A stretch of 64,000 nt of DNA, from the NCBI GenBank assembly GCA_964276515.1, contig OZ193909.1, positions 17,360,001-17,424,000 on the forward strand, given 5' to 3'. This document shows, in pieces, positions 57,976-64,000 of this stretch. Position 1 is the first letter of the stretch, and the number at the start of each line of letters is the position of its first letter. The notes below the pieces were generated by a model, which saw only the letters and a program-made list of their open reading frames with translations, was not told the origin of the DNA and searched no databases. The position numbers and the translations under genes are program-made. The DNA is from Gordius albopunctatus. Its lineage: Eukaryota.

Positions 57976-60900
57976 GTGAGGGATAACGAAAATTGTCAGC
58001 TCAAGCAATCTCTTGATCGTTGCCAAAGTACTAATGTGCTTTGACAATGAAAGGAAGACGAGATTGGAGGTAGTAGATACTTTGATGTTGGAGTCGGCGG
58101 AGTATTGTTTAGGAAACGCTTGAATCTCATATAATAATTGTCAATACTCCTGCCTTTATAACAATTGTTATGCCATTATTATCACTTTCTAAAATTAGCC
58201 AATATATCCTTATCCGCAACAAACTAGTGTCGTATAAACTGCTCGATTTTCTTTGTTCGCCCTTTGATTTAAGAAAGCCATTGATTGCCTGGTCTCTTTT
58301 TCGAATTTCGACTAAGCCTAGAGGTCGGCTAAGAAAAGGAAGACCAAAAATCTGTTGCTGTCTACTTGACTAAAACCAAAGGTCAACATTTATTAAATTT
58401 AGAGATTTATGATTATTTCCAGGGTTAAAAAACGGATTCGGGCTAAAGAGATGTGGCCCGACGTCGTTTAAAAATTCGCCCAAGACCGTAAATTGTACCT
58501 TCTACTAGATCCCGGGCACCGAGGGTATTGTTTAATTGTTTTTCCTTTATTTACTTTTTCCTAGTGGAAAATTAATAAAAAAAATTCGAGGTAAAGTTAG
58601 TTTATTGATATCTATCCAAACATAATATTAAATACCACAATTGCATAATAACAGTGGCGTACGCAAGGGGTTGGCTTTGGGGTTAAATTTACTAAGTACG
58701 ATGGGGGCCTAATTTTTAATTTTACTTTAACAAATCATAAGTGTAGCCAAGGGGGGGGGGCAAGAAAGGGCGGCTGCCCTCTTTAAAATCCAAAAATTTC
58801 TCGAAACATATAAAAAATATGGGAAAAATTTTGAGAAAAGTATATTTTGCCTTCCCTAAATCATTATTGCTGTCTTCTAATTCGAATGCTCGCTACGCCC
58901 ATGAAATAAATGAATTTCTTATTAAAAAATGATTTTTGACAAGTAACAGAATATTCAATTCCTATTATATTATGTCCCTCATTTTCGTATGGAAAATCTG
59001 ATAGAAAAATAGCTTGAAGCTCGGTAATCTTTCCCACCACCGAGCTATTGACATTAATACTTCAAAATTTAGCTTTGAGCGTTTTTTTCGGTTTTCACTC
59101 TTCTCTTTCTCTCTCTGTGTGTGTGTGTGTTCATGACAATCAAGTGAAAATTTTCCCTTTTTTGCATACCTTTTTGCCTGAGAGAAATGGGTAGGGTATG
59201 TTTTTGCACTTCTTGAACCCCAAATTATTATTATTATTGAAATATGTATCAAAGGGTTGTGAATTGTGATGTGATATATGACTTTATACGTCATTCATTT
59301 CAGTGTGTCATAATTTTTTTATACTTCAGACGGTCTAAATGCGTCAAAAATAACATTTTTTATGTGTGCAAAAAGAGGAAAAATGTCGCTTATAAAGCTT
59401 AGCTAGGTTGCTTTTAAGTATAATTTTATTGTGATTTATTTGCGAATTCAGGAATTTACAGATGCCTACTTAAAGGACGAAAGTAGAATACCTTCAGGGG
59501 CGTAGCCAGCATTGGATTTAGAGGGGGGGCAACATTGATTTAGGGAGGGGCAAAATGATTATTTTTTGAAATTTTAGCCCTGATTTCAATGAATTTTAAC
59601 AAATTTTTGGATTTAGAGCGGGGACAGCCGCCCCTTTTGCCCCCACTCGGTTACGCCCATAAATACTATATATCAAAATCAAAACATTAAAGTAATTTAT
59701 AATTGTCAACTTATTTTTGGTGACAATTTTTTGCACAACACAATCCAGGTAGAGTTGTATGGTTATTTATAACCACATAGTCGTAAAAGGGTGCTTTAAA
59801 CAACAACAGCAAGAATTCAATTTTTCCTTTGCATTCTCGTGCCTTTTTTAATGTCACTATCGCCCTTCTTTTCACCGTTCATTACATAGGTGTTAATAAC
59901 TGGTTGCGACTCTTAAAATATATAAGCCCCCGGGCAATGTCCTCTTCAAAAGATGGATATTTTAAACGTCGTATACCCTGCGGGCTTTACAATTTTTCTT
60001 TTAGCTGATGCTGTAAAATGTGTAAATTGTGTTATCTTTGCTCACGCATCCCTTTTTGAATAATGAACGGCAAAAAACACCATTTTCATTAAATTGTATT
60101 ATTTACATACTTTAGTTACTATCTAAATCTATGAATAATACCCGCCTGTAAAGTGTTTGTCATTAATTTCTTTATCAATAGATTATATTAAATAAATGTA
60201 TATTTTTATTAGTCTTTAAATGAGTATGGAGGGAGGCAATTATGATTTAGGGAGGGACAAGATGAACATTTTTAGCTATAATTTGAAAGAATTCCAAAAA
60301 AACTTGGATTTAGAGGGGGCAGCCGTCCCTCCCTGCCCCCCCCCGGCTATCCCATGTGTGTAGGTTAGGTACTACAAAATTGAGTTCTTTAATAGAGAGG
60401 GATGCAAACAGGATATTAAATAAATTTGAAATTTACTGATATAAAAGACTATATTTTCTCCATTTTATAAGCACGATAAGCGTAGGAATGGTCATTAAAA
60501 GCAAAAATACCTAGAATTGGGTAGACCCATCTATTTAATAGCTCGCTAACACTTAATATGCTACAGTTTCTAAGAAAAAAGTTTACGAGAAAAAAGTTAA
60601 CAAGCTTATGTTTAGGTATAAAAAAGCACTAAATTCAAAAGTCGAAACTATTTTCGCGAAAAATATGTTTTCTAACAAAAATTCAGAACTCCCTTTTTAA
60701 AGTGTGTCAATATATTTTTGTGAACTATATTTAATGAACAATTACTCATGAAACGAACTGCTAAAAAATTACAAAGAAATTTTTGACATCATTTTAATAG
60801 AGTCGACTTGTCAAACTTTTCTGTACACTGTCAAAATCAGTATGTCACCAAGACATAAAAACGCAAAAGTTAGGTCTTTAAAATTCCATTTAATTCTTCT

Positions 60901-61009
60901 TTAATTTTACAAGAAAAATAAAGACAAATTTTGCAACGATTTAATAAAATTAAAGTTATATTTTTTTGAATATTAGGCTAAAATAGTATTGCGAAAACGG
61001 CTGGGTTAT

Positions 61010-61160
61010 TTTTGGCCACCCTTGGTGTCACTAAGGCTAACGGTCAACCAAGGTCTGTTTTTTAAATTTCGACTAAGCCTAGAGGTCTACTAAGAAAAAG
61101 GGGCCAAGACCGTTGGTCTGTATATGTTTAGTCAACAAAAACCAACGGTCGACCAAACAA
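61010..61160. repeat. Dispersed ~150-bp repeat built of GACTAA...AGGTCGAC units; copies also at ~58240-58390, 62335-62500 (inverted) and ~63400-63500
   Basis: Shared ATTTCGACTAAGCCTAGAGGTC..CTAAGAAAA core. Confidence 0.7.
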
Positions 61161-62956
61161 ATTTCAGCCCTTCTTTTACCACGGATAGGTTAAAATTTTA
61201 AGGTTACGCTGTTACTATTTTTTTTTACTTCTTGTAATAATAGATCGTTAATGGCTGTGTAAGTTGTTGATATATATATATGATAGGTAACAACCTATAG
61301 ACAATTGTTAAGATAACCCGCGGTGATATTACGTTTATTTATAAATTTTGGTTAAAAATGTACTTTTTGGGGTCAATAATGACCCTTTTCAAAGGTAGCT
61401 GATCTCAACCAGCAAATTAGGCCAAAGATATATAGCATTCGTAAATCATGGGTTTTGTAAAGGAAATCTTTTCGAATTACTCAAACTTGACCCCCCCCCC
61501 CCACCCTTTTTAATCACATTTTGAGCTTTACCAAAGATTTTCTTTTACCTCGGGCGATATAAAAATTTTGAAACTTACCAAAAACACTTTATATTTTTCC
61601 TTTGCATATTTCAATTTTCTCATGTCTAATTGAATTTTAAAGGGAAATAAGGACCCCGCAAAAAGTGCTAAGTTTGCCGCATGGGTTCAAATACTACAAA
61701 ACGGACTCTGCCTACCGACCCCTCTTCCCTTATTCTACAAATAGATAATTCCTATATACACATGATGCACACACATACACATAGAGGTACGTTACAATAA
61801 TAGATTCAGTTTTGAGTTTTGACTTTTTTATATTAGAAAGGTCTTAGATTTACACTCCTTCTATCACCATATAAAGTTCTCATACTATAGTTTTAACAAG
61901 GTGTTAAGTAAAATAGCATAAGTCTATTGTACCCCCACCCCCCAGTGTACCACTTTTAACATACCTCGGCCCCTGTATAAATAGAGTAATCCCTTTTCAA
62001 TTTCTAATACAAAAACTTTCGCTTCAACAAAATCCGCCCAAAAATTTCGTATGACAGTTATCATTTAATCCAAGCAGAAATTTCGTTTTAAATTTTTACT
62101 CCTTGAACGCATTACAAAAATTTGAAGTTAGTGTGACAAATTCCGGCCCTCCCGCAATGTCAACCAAAATTAGTGACATTTCAATAATGCTTTTTATCCA
62201 CATATTCCTCCTGATCATTATTCCCTGTTTCTCAATCCGTAAGTCTCGTTTTAATTCTCTATATTATTGCGCTATTTTTGCCATAAAAATTTATTATTAT
62301 TAGTATATATATAATGTTGTAAAAATGGCTGAGTTTTGTTTAGTCGACCTTTGGATTTAGTCGACTAAACATAAATAGACGACCAAAGGTTGGATGGAGT
62401 CTTTTTTTTCTTAGTGGACCTCTAGGCTTAGTTGAAATTTGAAAGATAGACCAGAGTGGACCGTTAGTCTTAGTTAAACCAAAGGTAGACCACACAAAAC
62501 CCCAACCGCTTGTTACTCCAATACTAATATACAACACACATAAATATAATGTAACATATTTTTTATTGAGTTATTTACGACGGTTTTGAACGTTAAAATG
62601 AGTTTAATTTTGATTGCAAATTTTTGAAGGAAAATTTTGTTTTTAGAAATAATAACACGTTTTTGGGCCTCATTCTTTTTAACCTACAAAGCCCCACATA
62701 CGTGACTTTTGTGGCGGCATGAGAAAACAGCAGGGTTTTTAAAAATAAACCAAATTTATTATTTCCTATTTACACAGCATGCATAAATTGTCACACTTTT
62801 TGCATTGAAAGTAAAAACTCAACTTTTAGTTGATATGAAGCCCACCTGAACGTTATTTTTTGACCCTTTTTTCAAAGCTGATCTAGCTTATGAAAGTTCA
62901 TGGGAGTAGCTAGCATTATAACTAGAGGCGGGGGGAGGGGGGAATAATGATTTAAT

Positions 62957-63156
62957 AAAAAAAAATTCCAATAGCTGTTTGTCACACGAAGGTGGTCAGC
63001 TTCCTTAGATATTTGGATAAGGGGTGATGCTCGGCTATCCAAGCCTGACAGCCGTGGTGACGATGTGATTTTTAATCTTTTTTGAAATAAGTGCCAGAGG
63101 CGGGATTGAACCTGCGAGCTCTTGTTTTAGAGACTAAACCTATGCCACCACGCCCC
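62957..63156 (-). mobile_element. tRNA-derived SINE inserted in a GC-ended MITE
   Basis: 16-bp TSD GGAATAATGATTTAAT (62941-62956 and 63157-63172); minus-strand head with B-box GGTTCAATCCC in a T-arm-like stem, ~130-bp body, T-tract end. Confidence 0.8.
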
Positions 63157-64000
63157 GGAATAATGATTTAATGAGGGACAAAATGACAATTTTTAGCAAT
63201 TTTAGCCATATTTCTAATAAATTTCAAAGGATTTTTGGATTTAGAGGGGGCAGTCGCCCCTCCGATCCTCCCTCTCGTTAGTTTTCCATTATGACAACCT
63301 CTTCATACATAAAATATTTTTTAAATTAAGGGTACGGGGGAACTAGTCTTATATGTTTATAATCCAGTTTTATGAGGAGAACTAGTGTTTTAAAAAGGCG
63401 GGGTTTTGTCAAATCGACCTTCAATTTTAGTGGACTAAACATAGTCTTATATCTACTTTTAGTCTACTATAACCACAAATCGACCTAACAGAACCCAGCC
63501 TATTTACAAGAACAATGTAATTAAACTACAAAAACTTAATTTTTTTACCAAACTTAGTGTGTGTGTGTGTTTCTCTTGTGTCGCCTTTTTGTAGATATGA
63601 CAAATGGCATTGTGTAGGTGGGATATAAATGTCACCATCATGAACCATGATAATTCAATTAAATGGCTGGGAGTGGCTCAATTAGTATTCTAAATGCGAA
63701 CGTTCTTCCATCCTAATTTTAGCAGGGCTAAAGGAAGAGCATTTAAATAGGGAAACTTTCATTCTTGGCCCTCCCGGGTAAATAAAACGCTGGCTGGCCT
63801 TGTATGGTCAGGTCCGATTTGTCACGTATGACAAAAATGAGTTGTAGTCAAATCTCTTAATTTACTACTTTTTTATTAATTTTTGTTTCTAATTTAATTT
63901 ATTTGGTTAGTGCGACAACATAACCCTTATAATATTTTAATTTTCTTAATAGTAAATGATTTTGCATTCTAAATTAAATATTTATAATTTATTTCAACTT

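Larger units (their letters stand above)
52690..58115 (+). pseudogene. Gypsy pol (RT/RNase H) relic fragmented by hAT insertions; pieces ~52690-53031, ~56779-57011, ~57976-58115
   Basis: YMDLILVSG...HNPRLHEVLGRIKESGMIFSQEKSVF...LGHIL; later VLMCFDNERKTRLEV and DVGVGGVL (RNase H-like start). Confidence 0.65.

Noticed and set aside
63090..63156. Functional amber-suppressor tRNA gene
   Set aside because: Acceptor stem incomplete, anticodon stem mismatched, and embedded in a TSD-flanked SINE.
59080..64000. Possible enhancer or promoter sequence with GT microsatellites
   Set aside because: No associated gene or diagnostic pattern in the window; conservation data would be needed.

Overview
AT-rich eukaryotic (invertebrate animal, inferred) genomic DNA with spliceosomal GT-AG introns, many only 35-40 nt. 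The first ~15 kb is a compact cluster of conserved genes: APEX1 (3' part, +), a BTB-BTB-BACK gene (-), PHAF1/UPF0183 (+) and NSA2 (-), with a non-autonomous Helitron in the BTB/PHAF1 divergent promoter. The remaining ~49 kb is mostly nested transposon debris: PIF1-carrying Helitrons, CRE-like and RTE-like non-LTR elements, Gypsy fragments, LTR-like pieces, hAT elements and MITEs with 8-bp TSDs, pogo- and piggyBac-type MITEs, a MULE remnant and a tRNA-derived SINE. Within this debris, and invisible to the ORF track, is the main finding: a candidate micro-exon gene at 35063-39351 (+). It has a signal-peptide exon followed by ten symmetric phase-1 micro-exons of 12-42 nt, all multiples of 3. The four shortest each encode one N-glycosylation sequon and alternate with duplicated 'QND' exons. 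This resembles the schistosome MEG architecture for combinatorial variation of secreted proteins. All gene models were read by eye and need RNA-seq confirmation.
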